Shown here: positions 18,167 to 28,900 of the stretch, one piece after another
How the letters are laid out: the number at the start of each line of letters is the position of its first letter
Numbering within the stretch: the stretch's first letter is position 1
Assembly: GCA_023247725.1 (NCBI GenBank)
Contig: JAHFFW010000010.1
Location: 7,734-71,733, forward strand
Direction: 5' to 3'
Length of the DNA stretch: 64,000 nucleotides
Source: Candidatus Omnitrophota bacterium
GTDB taxonomy: Bacteria; Omnitrophota; Gorgyraeia; Zapsychrales; JAHFFX01
Position numbers and translations under genes: made by a program
Notes under the pieces: generated by a model
Database searches by the model: none
Seen by the model: only the letters and a program-made list of their open reading frames with translations
What the model was told of the DNA's origin: nothing

Positions 18167-21100
18167 ATTTGAACGTGCCGGGGTAATCGAGAAAGAGGTC
18201 TCATTCAGCCGGGAATTCCGGCTTCGCCATTATATTTCGGCCTTCGATGATCTCCCGCCGGTTGATTTTGAGAAATTCGATTGTATTGTTTCCGGGAAGA
18301 ACGTCAAGGATCTGGATCAATTCATCAATGACGGCGATGAAATTATCATCACTCCCAAGATCGAAGACCCGGGTACAATCTTTGGCATCATTGCCACCAT
18401 TGCGACCGCCTTAGGAGCATCCGCGACCGTTGCGGCTACAATCGCAACAATCGGTACGGCTATTGTCATCGGCGCCACTTTAGCGGCTATCGGGTATTCA
18501 ATCTATCTGGCCACACAAAAACCCAGTCTTCCTTCGTTTGGAACGACCTCCGGAGGCGGCGGTCTGGATGAGGGTTCGCCGACCTATAGCTGGGACGGGA
18601 TACGGACAAACCGCGACGTTAATATGCCGGTGCCGGTTATTTACGGAGAACATAAAGTGGGAGGGACAGCGGTCAATGAATACATCTGGACAGATGGGGA
18701 TAAGAATTTTTTGTACACGCTTCTTGCCCTTTGCGAAGGGGAGATAGAAAGTGTTTCCAATATCAAAATCAATGATAACCCGATTGCGAATTATTCCGGT
18801 GTATCGACAACGACAAAATTGGGGACGAACAGTCAAACGGTCATCCCGAATTTTGAAGATCTCCACAACATCATCTCGGTAAACATTCAGTTGCTTAAAG
18901 ACAGCTCGTATATTTATACGACCTTGGATAGCGATGTGGAGGCCTTTGAAATTAAGTTTAATTTCCCGGGCGGCCTTTACCAAGCGGACAGCGCAAGCGG
19001 CGAGATCCTTTCCTGGCAAGTTACGTATCGGGTGGAATACAAATTAGCCGCATCCGGAACATGGATCGATTTGGGGACAACGACCGTCAGCGAAAAGACG
19101 CGTTCGGCGATCAAAAGAGTTTTTCGTAAAGATGGTTTAACCGCGGGCCGTTACGATATCCGGGTAACCAGGACCTCGGAAAATTCTTCCTTAAGTCCGA
19201 CCAAACAGGGCGATCTCTATCTTCAAAGCGTTGATGAAATCAAAACTGATGATCTTTCTTATCCCAATACCGCACTTTTAGCTATTGAGGCGATCGCGCA
19301 GGAACAATTGTCCGGAGCATCGCCCAATTATAGTTGCGTTGTAAAGGGGAGGAAAGTGTCTGTGCCGCGGGTGATGAATGGCGGAGTTGAGGTTAATTGG
19401 GAAAACTATTATTGGGACCCGAATACAAATCAATTCAAATTATTAGCCGATTCGGCCGTGCTTTCTTGGGATGACACAACCTACGTTGATAAATGGTCGG
19501 CCAATCCCATTTGGTGCCTTAAGGATCTACTGACGAATACCAGGTATGGTTTGGGGGATTTCATCAATGCCTCGCAGATCGATTCCGCGTTGTTTTTGGA
19601 AATGGCCAAGTACTGCGAGGAACGCATTCCCGATGGATCTGGAGGCTATGAAAAGCGTTTCCGGTTGGATGTGGCCATTGACAGTGTAACCAAGGCCTTG
19701 GATCTAATCAATCAGCTTTCGGCCACATTCAATGCCTTCGCCTTTTATTCGGCAGGCAGCGTCAAGTTCTATATCGATAAGCCAGCGGATCCGGCGCAAG
19801 TCTTCGGGATGGGAAATATTATCGAAAATTCATTTCAACAATCTTGGAAATCCATTAAAGAAACGCCCAACATGATCGAAGTCCAATATCTCGATAGCGT
19901 CAAGGATTACGAACAGGAAACGGTTGCGATTATCGATGAGGCTTCTTTAACCGCCGGTGAGCCGATCAGAAAGCACAGGATCCGATTGTTCACAACCAAG
20001 ACTTCTCAGGCCTTAAGAATCGGCCGCTACGCGCTAAAGGTCGCGCAAAATATTGATCGCATCATAAATTTTAAGGCTTCAATTGATGCGATCGCCTGTC
20101 AGGTCGGTGATTTAATCGATGTTTCACACGATGTTCCGCAATGGGGTTTTTCGGGAAGGGTTAATTCTGGATCAAGTACCACCTCCATTGTCCTAGATCA
20201 GGAGATTACGATTGTTTCAGGGAAAACTTATAAGATGGAAATCAGATTTCCCGATGACGTCATTGAGGAAAGAACGGTTTCCAACGCGCCGGGCAACTAT
20301 ACAACATTGACCGTCAGCAGCGCCTTCAGCCAGGCCCCGGCCGCTTATTCGGTCTACGCGTTTGGTGAAACGGACATTCAAACGAAACCATTCAGGATTA
20401 TATCAATCCAGCGCGATAACAAGGATGAAGCGATCCTATCGGCGGTCGAGTATAACGCGGCGATTTATGACGATTCCGTGATAGTCATTCCGGCAAGCAA
20501 TTATTCCGCTTTGAGCCGTGACATTCCCGTGGTCACCAGTTTATCCATTGTGGAAAAGAACGTCATTCTAAGTGACGGAACGATAGGAAGTATCATCGAG
20601 GTTTATTTTTTAAAACCAATCCAAACCAGTTACCTGGTGTCGAGGTACAAAGAGGCCAAGATTTATCTTTCCGATGACAATGGCGTCAGCTGGCAGGCGG
20701 CCGGTTCCACCTCGGAAGAATTCTTTGCGACCAAAGACACTTTAAAAACAGGATCCAGTTATAAGGTGGCCGTTGTCAGCGTTTCTACCGAAGGGGCGGA
20801 AAGCTCGATAAATTCAAGCCCCCAGGCCTCGATAACGATTGCAGGCAAAAGCCTACCTCCGGCCAACATCACCGGCTTTGCTATCAGCCAACACGGCGAT
20901 CAGCTCAATTTAAGCTGGAATCCTGTCCCGGACTTGGATCTGGCAAGGTATGTCATTAAAAAAGGAAGTGAGTGGGCGACCGGCGATTTGATTGCGGAAA
21001 AGGTCGATGTGACGGAATTTTCATCGCCCATTGGCCAGATCGGCGAGCAGACGTACATGATCAAGGCAGTGGATACCTCCGGCAATGAAAGCGTAAATAC

Positions 21101-21866
21101 CGCCTTGTACACCATCAATGTCTCACCGCCGCCGGAGATGAATTTTGTCGTTCAGATCAATCCGTGGTCTTTAAACCGGGAATACAAGCTTGCCAATATC
21201 GCCAAAGAGCAGATGAGTCTTTACAGCCCCGATTATGCCAGGGATGTCTTTTCCTTGGTGACGACTTCCACATGGGAGGACAAAGAAGCCCTGGGGCAGG
21301 GGTGGGAGCAACTGGAGGCCTCTGGCGACTTAGACTTTAATAAACTTTTTACCGCATCGGGAGAGATTGAGCAAATCATCCCCTATGATTTGGGCACCAT
21401 ATTTGAATTTAACATTCTCTCGGACCTAAGATTTGAGAATGTTTCCGGCGGTAGCTTGACCCTTCAGATCTCCACAAGCGAAGACGGAGTGAATTATACG
21501 GCCTTTGCCAATGTCAACGCATCCACCAATTATCGAGCGAGGTATCTTAAGTTCAAATCCCTTCTGGCCACATCCGACAGCAACAATAATATTTATTTCT
21601 ATTCCGGAACGATTTTTGTTAACGCGCCCACCGTCAAGGTGGACTATGGCCGAAATCTTTTGGTTTCAGCCAGCGGGACCCACGTTACTTTTCGGGGAGA
21701 TTTTACCGCGGTCCCGCGCGTAACCAGTCTGAATATCGTCAATGGAATTAAAGGCCGGCCGTATTCAAATAATGTGGCAATGAGCGGCATGGATATTTAT
21801 GTGGCCGATAAAGACGATGTTTTAATCGGCACGGCCCGGATCGATTGGGAGGTTAAAGGAAGCTGA
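18138..21866 (+). CDS. Host specificity / central tail tip protein gpJ-like (with N-terminal gpI-like region and FN3 repeats)
   Basis: PVPVIYGEHKVGG, LCEGEIESV, LSYPNTALL, WSANPIWCLKDLLTNTRYGLG, and FN3-like LNLSWNPV...YMIKAVDTSGNES. Confidence 0.9.
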   Translation: MIKIKYIPNRFERAGVIEKEVSFSREFRLRHYISAFDDLPPVDFEKFDCIVSGKNVKDLDQFINDGDEIIITPKIEDPGTIFGIIATIATALGASATVAATIATIGTAIVIGATLAAIGYSIYLATQKPSLPSFGTTSGGGGLDEGSPTYSWDGIRTNRDVNMPVPVIYGEHKVGGTAVNEYIWTDGDKNFLYTLLALCEGEIESVSNIKINDNPIANYSGVSTTTKLGTNSQTVIPNFEDLHNIISVNIQLLKDSSYIYTTLDSDVEAFEIKFNFPGGLYQADSASGEILSWQVTYRVEYKLAASGTWIDLGTTTVSEKTRSAIKRVFRKDGLTAGRYDIRVTRTSENSSLSPTKQGDLYLQSVDEIKTDDLSYPNTALLAIEAIAQEQLSGASPNYSCVVKGRKVSVPRVMNGGVEVNWENYYWDPNTNQFKLLADSAVLSWDDTTYVDKWSANPIWCLKDLLTNTRYGLGDFINASQIDSALFLEMAKYCEERIPDGSGGYEKRFRLDVAIDSVTKALDLINQLSATFNAFAFYSAGSVKFYIDKPADPAQVFGMGNIIENSFQQSWKSIKETPNMIEVQYLDSVKDYEQETVAIIDEASLTAGEPIRKHRIRLFTTKTSQALRIGRYALKVAQNIDRIINFKASIDAIACQVGDLIDVSHDVPQWGFSGRVNSGSSTTSIVLDQEITIVSGKTYKMEIRFPDDVIEERTVSNAPGNYTTLTVSSAFSQAPAAYSVYAFGETDIQTKPFRIISIQRDNKDEAILSAVEYNAAIYDDSVIVIPASNYSALSRDIPVVTSLSIVEKNVILSDGTIGSIIEVYFLKPIQTSYLVSRYKEAKIYLSDDNGVSWQAAGSTSEEFFATKDTLKTGSSYKVAVVSVSTEGAESSINSSPQASITIAGKSLPPANITGFAISQHGDQLNLSWNPVPDLDLARYVIKKGSEWATGDLIAEKVDVTEFSSPIGQIGEQTYMIKAVDTSGNESVNTALYTINVSPPPEMNFVVQINPWSLNREYKLANIAKEQMSLYSPDYARDVFSLVTTSTWEDKEALGQGWEQLEASGDLDFNKLFTASGEIEQIIPYDLGTIFEFNILSDLRFENVSGGSLTLQISTSEDGVNYTAFANVNASTNYRARYLKFKSLLATSDSNNNIYFYSGTIFVNAPTVKVDYGRNLLVSASGTHVTFRGDFTAVPRVTSLNIVNGIKGRPYSNNVAMSGMDIYVADKDDVLIGTARIDWEVKGS

Positions 21867-22210
21867 TGGAAGGGTATTGTCAAAGTTGCGGACAGATAGT
21901 CGACATGGAGAACGTCCAGACCGTGCGGCTTCCTAATTTATCTTTTATTCAAAAAGGGATTTGCAGCCGGAAAGATTGTTTGGGCGTTATCTTTAAACTT
22001 GTAGAGGATCATGAAATTATTATTAATGCGGCCGGACATAAATTTCCTAAGGAAGTTTATGTTGGTCCTGAAACGCCGAGAAAATTGTTCGATAAGGACA
22101 ACGGACAGACGATTTTTAAAGGGAATGAAATTGTAAGAACAAAACTTAAGAACGATCAGATCAAAACAGTAAAAGAAATCAAGGAGAAATTAAATGGCCG
22201 ACGAGATTAG
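21866..22210 (+). CDS. Small Zn-ribbon protein (DUF5679-like)
   Basis: MEGYCQSC...KGICSRKDC...IFKL. Confidence 0.55.
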   Translation: MEGYCQSCGQIVDMENVQTVRLPNLSFIQKGICSRKDCLGVIFKLVEDHEIIINAAGHKFPKEVYVGPETPRKLFDKDNGQTIFKGNEIVRTKLKNDQIKTVKEIKEKLNGRRD

Positions 22211-23981
22211 ATATCAATATGACGACAATTTCCCCGGGGGCTCTTTTTCGTTGGCTAATTTTAGGGCAACGTTAAGAGCCTTGCATGAACAGGATCTCAT
22301 GCCGTTACGGCCCCGGGCTAAGCGGATATTGGATGGGATGGAATACAGCACCGATGCCTCAGCGCAGGCTGAATATTCGGGAGTTGGGGTCACCATCACA
22401 AAAGAAGGAACGATCAAACAAGAGGGGAGTTTTTCTCTAAAGGCGGTAACCGATGCGACCGCCAATCGGTCTTTCAGCCGGGCCTTTTCAATAAACTTAA
22501 GCGCATTTCAAAAGATTACGCTTTGGGAAAGGTCGTCCGGCGTGTCGCAAACAATTCGTTTTTATGTCCAGGACGGAAGCGGAAACCAGAGCTACTGGAA
22601 TATCACGACCAATGGAACAGCCAATACTTGGCAACAAGACACTTTAACCTTAAGTACGCCTTCCGGGAATAATGGCGCAAACGCGAATTTATCCAATATT
22701 ACGGTTTACGGGTTTCAAAACTTAAGCGCTTCGACGACGTATTACTTCGATACGATCAAGGCGATTGTGGACATGACGGTGGCTATCTTAGGCACTGATT
22801 TAGGCGCCTATTATCGCCATGTGTATTTAACCAATCAGCCCTTACAAGTCAATGCCCAGGCGGCTTCAACGATCACAGCGCCAGCAGGCAATCCAAGAAT
22901 CGACATTTTGACAATCGATTCAGCCGGAGCTTTATCTTGGATCATGGGGACAGAAGCATCATCGCCATCGGCGCCGTGGTCAAGCATGCCCGCAAACAAA
23001 ATTCCTATTTGTTTGGTTTATCAAAAGACGACAATGACCAAGGTTTTGGATTTTGAAGATAAAGATACCGACACCAATCAAGGTTACATTCTGGCCGATG
23101 TCCGGCCGTTTATGAAAAATGGGTTTACCTTTTTTAAAGGAGCGGACGTCGCCAGCGCCTCAACCGTTAATTTAGGTAACGACGGGAATTTTTTCAATAT
23201 TACGGGAACGACAGCAATCACTTCAATAACAGCTAAACCAGCGGGAACGGTCGTGTGGCTGAGGTTTACCGGAATTCTAACAGTAACAAATGGAAGCAAC
23301 CTCAAGTTGAACGGCAATTTCGTAACCGCGGCCGACTCCATGCTTCAGTTGGTCAGCGACGGAACGAATTGGTATGAGGTGAGCCGCCAACCCACAACCA
23401 CAACATTTTTGGGATTAAGCGATACGCCGAGCAGTTATTCGGGGCAGGCGAATAAACTCGTCCGGGTTAATGCGGGCGAGACAGGTTTGGAATTTATTAT
23501 TGGCATACCCGTGGGGCTTGGGCCGCTTCCCTGGCCAACGGATACACCTCCCTCTGGATGGTTGTTGTGCGACGGAAGCGCGGTATCCCGGACAACCTAT
23601 TCCGCTCTTTTTGCAGTGATTGGCACAACCTTTGGACCCGGAGATGGAAGCACCACGTTTAATTTGCCGGATATGCGCGGCCGCGTTCCGCTGGGGCAGG
23701 ATGACATGGGTGGGGTTTCCGCAAACAGAGTCACGAATGCTCAGGCTGATATTATCGGTGGTTCGGCGGGCGCGGAAAATCATCAATTGACCATTGCGGA
23801 GATGCCATCGCACAATCATGGGGTTCAAATCAATGATGCAACAAGTGCCGGTCCTAACAGGAAACCAGAGACGGCCGGGATTCAAAATACATACGCTTGG
23901 CCTTCCGACTACACTGGAGGTAATCAAGTCCACAATAATATGCAGCCTTATTTGACTCTGAACTACATCATCAAATATTAA
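22194..23981 (+). CDS. Tail fibre protein with C-terminal tail-collar domain
   Basis: PSGWLLCDGSAVSRTTYSALFAVIGTTFG.GDGSTTFNLPDMRGR...HNNMQPYLTLNYIIKY; N-terminal beta-sandwich (CBM-like) segment. Confidence 0.9.
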   Translation: MADEIRYQYDDNFPGGSFSLANFRATLRALHEQDLMPLRPRAKRILDGMEYSTDASAQAEYSGVGVTITKEGTIKQEGSFSLKAVTDATANRSFSRAFSINLSAFQKITLWERSSGVSQTIRFYVQDGSGNQSYWNITTNGTANTWQQDTLTLSTPSGNNGANANLSNITVYGFQNLSASTTYYFDTIKAIVDMTVAILGTDLGAYYRHVYLTNQPLQVNAQAASTITAPAGNPRIDILTIDSAGALSWIMGTEASSPSAPWSSMPANKIPICLVYQKTTMTKVLDFEDKDTDTNQGYILADVRPFMKNGFTFFKGADVASASTVNLGNDGNFFNITGTTAITSITAKPAGTVVWLRFTGILTVTNGSNLKLNGNFVTAADSMLQLVSDGTNWYEVSRQPTTTTFLGLSDTPSSYSGQANKLVRVNAGETGLEFIIGIPVGLGPLPWPTDTPPSGWLLCDGSAVSRTTYSALFAVIGTTFGPGDGSTTFNLPDMRGRVPLGQDDMGGVSANRVTNAQADIIGGSAGAENHQLTIAEMPSHNHGVQINDATSAGPNRKPETAGIQNTYAWPSDYTGGNQVHNNMQPYLTLNYIIKY

Positions 23982-23993
23982 AGGAAGGAAAGA

Positions 23994-24236
23994 ATGTCAG
24001 ATAACGAAATCCACTTAACACCGAGGGAACTGGAAGAAATCAAAGACGATGTTGCTTTTAAAACAAAAACAACATTGACGTTAAAGCATGTTTTAAAAAA
24101 GCTCGATGATCTAAACGGGGTCCGGGATGAGGTCACCTCATTAAAGACACACCGGAACATCCATTGGTTTTTGATTTCGGTCATTATCACCGGACTATTC
24201 GGGATCACGTTTTGGTTGATGCAAGGGAATCATTAA
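23994..24236 (+). CDS. Small membrane protein (coiled coil plus one TM; holin/XhlA-like)
   Basis: 80 aa with C-terminal TM WFLISVIITGLFGITFWL; position after the tail fibre. Confidence 0.55.
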   Translation: MSDNEIHLTPRELEEIKDDVAFKTKTTLTLKHVLKKLDDLNGVRDEVTSLKTHRNIHWFLISVIITGLFGITFWLMQGNH

Positions 24237-24265
24237 ATAACAAAACAAAAGAAAGGGGTGCAGAA

Positions 24266-24484
24266 ATGAATCCAATCGATTATCTCAATAATTTTGCACA
24301 GCAACATGCGTGGATTGGTCTTGCAATTGCAATTGTCATCGCAGTGCATACCGGTCTCAAAGCTTTGCGCGATGCTATCGATAGCACGCCGCAGACCGAT
24401 GACAATTGGTTTGAGCGGATCGTGACTATTTTGGGCAAAATCACCGGTTATCTGGCCGGGTTTCGCGCCAAGAAAAACCCTTAG
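24266..24484 (+). CDS. Holin-like membrane protein
   Basis: TM WIGLAIAIVIAV, TPQTDDNW motif, basic C-terminus. Confidence 0.55.
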   Translation: MNPIDYLNNFAQQHAWIGLAIAIVIAVHTGLKALRDAIDSTPQTDDNWFERIVTILGKITGYLAGFRAKKNP

Positions 24485-24489
24485 ACGTC

Positions 24490-24741
24490 TTGCCACTTAA
24501 ATATCGCCTGTTGGCCAAGACGATTTTGTTTTTGTGCGGGTTTAAAATTTACCGCCAGCGGTTCGGCGATGCAGGGTTTTGGTTGATCACTAATAAACCT
24601 TTACCCAAAGAAATTCACGATGAAGACGTTGTGTTCGAAAATAAGAACGCCCAGAAAGGCCAGATCCGCACAGCCAAGCTGGTTTGCGAGGGCGAAGAGG
24701 GGCGGGTGAAGTGCCGGTGGATATTTGATATTCAGAAATAA
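24490..24741 (+). CDS. Hypothetical phage protein
   Basis: ORF fills the gap on the coding strand; TTG start; no motif recognised. Confidence 0.4.
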   Translation: MPLKYRLLAKTILFLCGFKIYRQRFGDAGFWLITNKPLPKEIHDEDVVFENKNAQKGQIRTAKLVCEGEEGRVKCRWIFDIQK

Positions 24742-24800
24742 ATTACCTTGATTAAGATTGCAGACTATGGCCTACTCACTCCCTCGAAAGGAGGGCGAAA

Positions 24801-25073
24801 ATGCTCAAAGAAAATTTGACGGTTAAAAAGACGCGCTACATCTGCGTCAGCATCGGTGAGATGGAGGTCTACATTGAGAATATCTCGGCCACAGGGGCGA
24901 TGATAGATCACCTTCCGGCCGTGAGGTTACGTTTGCGGGAGATCCAGAAGGTCATGCCGATGGGGCAGTGGTCGGTCAGGATTGAACAGCAATGGCCGGA
25001 AAAAGGCGTCCGGCATTACCAGTGGATTGATGCCGCGACAGGTAAACTACACAAACGTAAAGGGGGAAATTGA
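24801..25073 (+). CDS. Hypothetical protein
   Basis: Strong SD AAGGAGG before the ATG; first of three closely packed small ORFs. Confidence 0.65.
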   Translation: MLKENLTVKKTRYICVSIGEMEVYIENISATGAMIDHLPAVRLRLREIQKVMPMGQWSVRIEQQWPEKGVRHYQWIDAATGKLHKRKGGN

Positions 25074-25074
25074 C

Positions 25075-25326
25075 ATGGGGAAAAAGGCTAAAAAGAAAAG
25101 TACTGTGCAGGCTCAGCCGGAAGTCAAGCTGACCCGCAATGAGCTAATGTCGCAGGCCAAGGAACGGGGTATCAAGAATTTTCGTGTTCTTAACAAGGAA
25201 GAGCTGGGGCAGGTTTTGGTTGATGGCACCACACCGGAACAAATCGAGAAAGTCGTTTCCGGCGCCGTCGCCAGATGGAAGTCCGGCTGGGGCAAGAAAA
25301 AGGATAAAAATGAAAGTCAAAGCTGA
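25075..25326 (+). CDS. Small basic protein with Rho-N-terminal/HeH-like motif
   Basis: LTRNELMSQAKERGIKNFRVLNKEEL matches the helix-extension-helix pattern. Confidence 0.6.
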   Translation: MGKKAKKKSTVQAQPEVKLTRNELMSQAKERGIKNFRVLNKEELGQVLVDGTTPEQIEKVVSGAVARWKSGWGKKKDKNESQS

Positions 25327-25627
25327 ACTTGATTTGAAGGTCGAGATGGGGGGCGTGGCGGCCAATGGCACTGGATTTCAGGGCTATCTGCCGGAAGGCA
25401 CGCGGTATGAGAATGTAGCCAGGGTATTCGGCAATCCCCAGTTCGGTAAATCGCCGGACAGTAAGATCAAGGTGGAGTGGGTTGGCAGGATCAACGGGCT
25501 GGTGTTTACAATTTACGATTACAAGTCACGTGTGGAACCAGACCGGAATACCGACTGGCATATTGGAGGGAAGGTAAAATTAACCGCAGTGTTGGTGAAT
25601 TTATTCTATAAGGCAAATCAAAAGTAG
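25310..25627 (+). CDS. Hypothetical phage protein
   Basis: YENVARVFGNP...KIKVEW...FTIYDYK...WHIGG; start overlaps the previous gene. Confidence 0.6.
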   Translation: MKVKAELDLKVEMGGVAANGTGFQGYLPEGTRYENVARVFGNPQFGKSPDSKIKVEWVGRINGLVFTIYDYKSRVEPDRNTDWHIGGKVKLTAVLVNLFYKANQK

Positions 25628-25640
25628 TTTTGGAATTAAT

Positions 25641-25679
25641 AAAAACCTCCGTTTAATTATCTAGCGGAGGTTTTTTCTT
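25641..25679. terminator. Bidirectional intrinsic terminator
   Basis: AAAAACCTCCGT...GCGGAGGTTTTTT stem with A- and T-tracts on both sides. Confidence 0.8.
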
Positions 25680-25680
25680 G

Positions 25681-25730
25681 TTGGCAATCCAAATCATCGG
25701 TGATACAATGTGTAACACTTTGGACAATCC
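25681..25730 (+). promoter_or_regulatory. Sigma70-type promoter with flanking direct repeats
   Basis: TTGGCA (25681-25686), 17 bp, TACAAT (25704-25709) with upstream TG; repeats TTGGCAATCC at 25681 and TTGGACAATCC at 25720. Confidence 0.6.
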
Positions 25731-25747
25731 CTTTTAGAGGAAATTGA

Positions 25748-25945
25748 ATGGTGAAAAAGGAAGAAGTTTTAACCGCAGAAGAAGTTGCGGAATATCTAAG
25801 GATTCATCCGTACACGCTGAGACGATTAGCCCGGGCAGGCAAACTCCCGGGCTTTAAAATTGGTGGGCAGTGGAGGTTTCGGAAAGATGAAATCGACGCA
25901 TGGTCAAAAGGATCTAAGAATAAGAAGAAAAAAGGGAAATCATAA
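25748..25945 (+). CDS. Excisionase-family HTH DNA-binding protein
   Basis: LTAEEVAEYLRIHPYTLRRLARAGKLPGFKIGGQWRFRKDEIDAW. Confidence 0.9.
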   Translation: MVKKEEVLTAEEVAEYLRIHPYTLRRLARAGKLPGFKIGGQWRFRKDEIDAWSKGSKNKKKKGKS

Positions 25946-28900
25946 TGCCGAGAATCTTTGACAATATCGATCTTGATTTATTAACGGCCTTAAAAGAAAC
26001 TTTAAACGTTTCTAATCGTGCTGATTTCTGCGTTGGCTATTTTAATTTGAGGGGATGGAGGCAGATAGATTCTTATATTGAACGTTGGGCCGGTGGTGAG
26101 GGAAAGTGCTGCCGGTTGTTGGTCGGGATGTCAAAGTTACCCCAGGATGAATTGCGAGAAGCGCTAAGCCTTGTGAAGAACGAGGAAGGAATTGATAACC
26201 AAACGGCTTTACGCCTTAAGAAGAAACTAGCCGAGGAATTCCGAAACCAGTTAGCTTGGGGTATACCTACAAATGAAGATGAAGTTGGTCTGCGGCGTTT
26301 GGCATCACAAATTAAGGCTCAAAAGGTTGTGGTCAAGCTATTCCTGCGACACCCTCTCCATGCAAAACTCTATCTGCTTTTTCGTCCTGACCCCATTAAC
26401 CCTACTGTGAGTTATCTTGGCAGTAGCAATCTAACTTTCGCTGGTCTATCTAAACAAGGCGAGTTAAACATTGACGTGTTAGACCACGACGCTTGCCAGA
26501 AATTGTCCAGATGGTTTGAAGATAGATGGGATGATCACCGGTGCATTGATATTTCAAAAGAACTGGCAGATATAATTGATGAGAGTTGGGCGCGCGAGGA
26601 GCAGCCCATTCCTTATTACATATATCTTAAAATGGCTTATCACTTATCGCAGGAGGCTCGAGTTGGTCTGTCTGAATTTAAAATTCCAAAGGAGTTTGGT
26701 CAAAAGCTTTTTGAATTTCAAACAGCGGCGGTTAAGATAGCGGCTCACCATATTAATAAACGTGGTGGTGTGCTAATAGGTGATGTTGTGGGCTTGGGAA
26801 AAACACTAATGGCCACGGCCGTCGCGCGCATTTTCGAAGACGATCACGGACTCGAAACCTTAGTCATCTGCCCCAAGAACTTGGTCCCTATGTGGGAAGA
26901 CTACCGAGAGCAATATCGTTTACATGCCAAAGTGCTTTCCATCAATCGTGCGGCGCGAGAGCTTCCAAGTTTACGCCGATACCGCTTAGTTATTATCGAT
27001 GAGAGTCACAATCTTCGTAATCGTGAGGGGAAACGCTATCGAGCAATTCAAGAATATTTGCAGGAAAATGAAAGTAAGGTAATACTGCTTTCGGCTACTC
27101 CCTATAATAAAACCTATTTGGATTTATCTAATCAATTACGGCTTCTCGTTTCTGCTGATAGTGATATCGGGATTCGCCCCGAACGAAAATTGCGTGAAAT
27201 GGGTGAAACCGAATTTATCCGCCAGCATCAGTGTTCAGTTCGTTCTCTCGCCGCATTTGAAAAGAGTGAATATGCCGATGACTGGCGTGAGCTGATGCGC
27301 CTCTATCTTGTGCGCAGAACACGCACGTTCATCCAGGATAATTACGCTGAAACTGATCCAACGAATGGAAGAAAGTTTTTAACATTTGAAGACGGCACGC
27401 GATCCTATTTCCCGACCCGCATACCAAAGACTGTACCGTTTCATATTGACGATCATAATCCATCAGACCAGTATGCTCAGCTTTATGCGCCTGACGTTGT
27501 CGATATAATCAACCATCTCAATTTACCCAGATATGGTCTAGGCAATTATGTAGCCGCCACCCCCCATAAGCCGCCAACGGCAACTGAGCAAAAGATTTTA
27601 CAAGATCTTTCTCGTGCTGGTCGAAGACTCATGGGTTTCTCGCGAACAAACCTATTTAAACGTCTGGAGAGCAGCGGGCATGCTTTTCTCCAATCGGCTG
27701 AACGGCATATCTTACGGAATTTTATCTTTCTTCACGCTATCGAGAATGACCAGCCGATACCCATTGGAACGCAAGACGCCGAGATTCTCGATACACGATT
27801 CTCTGATGAAGATAAAACAGTTGAGTTATTTAACGATAATGATGACGATGGAGAAGTGGCTGAGGAAACGACATCACTAAGGAGTGAAAAAGATTTCAAA
27901 AATCGAGCTTCAGAAGTTTATTCAGAGTATTTCAAATTACACAAACATCGTTTTAAATGGCTGCCGCCGGAATTTTTCGTTAAATCACTGGCTAATGATT
28001 TACGAGCTGACATAGATACACTTATGAGAATTTTGAACAAATGCAAGCAGTGGGACCCTGCCAAGGATGCGAAACTCGATGCGCTTTACGACCTGTTAAT
28101 AAAAAAATACCCGAATGACAAAGTCCTGATTTTTACCCAATTCGCCGACACGGTACGTTATCTTGAGAAACAACTAACTGATCGTAAGGTTGCAAAACTG
28201 GCTGGCGTTACCGGTGACTCTTCTAATCCCACTGCCTTAGCCTGGCGCTTTAGCCCAATTAGCAATAACAAACAAGAGTATATTAAACCAGCTGATGAAC
28301 TTCGTGTATTAATTGCGACGGATATCCTGAGCGAGGGGCAAAACCTCCAGGATTGTTCCGTTGTGGTCAATTTCGACCTGCCCTGGGCTATCATTCGTTT
28401 AATTCAGCGGGTTGGACGCGTAGACCGTATCGGACAGAAAGCCGAGAAAATATTATGTTATTCATTTCTGCCAGCCGAGGGGGTTGAGCAAATTATTAAT
28501 TTGCGCAACCGTGTGCGACAGAGACTCAGTGAAAATGCCGAAGTGGTAGGGACAGATGAGGCATTTTTCGAAGACGACCGCGATGACAGAAGAGTGCTCG
28601 ATCTATATCACGAAAAATCCGGAATCTTGGATGGAGATGCTGACAGCGAAGTGGATCTTGCATCCTATGCCTACCAGATTTGGAAAAATGCTATTACAGA
28701 GAATCCGGAGTTGCAAAAAGTTATTCCTGAACTGCCGGATGTCGTTTACTCTACAAAACCAATTAAGCCAACTGAAAAAGAACCAGAGGGAGTATTGGTT
28801 TATCTTCGCACGGCAGAAGGAAATGACGCGCTCACTTGGGTCAGTAAAGACGGAAAAAGTGTTACCGAATCACAACTTACAATTCTTAAAGCCGCTGAGT

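Noticed and set aside
13350-23981. Contractile injection system or tailocin
   Set aside because: No sheath or baseplate wedge genes; a full head and packaging module and a lambda-like M/L/K/J tip are present.
18138-23981. Diversity-generating retroelement or invertible tail-fibre cassette
   Set aside because: No reverse transcriptase or invertase, and no adenine-mismatched repeat pair noticed by eye.
25748-25945. True prophage excisionase marking the att site
   Set aside because: No adjacent integrase; it is coupled to the helicase gene, which fits an operon regulator better.
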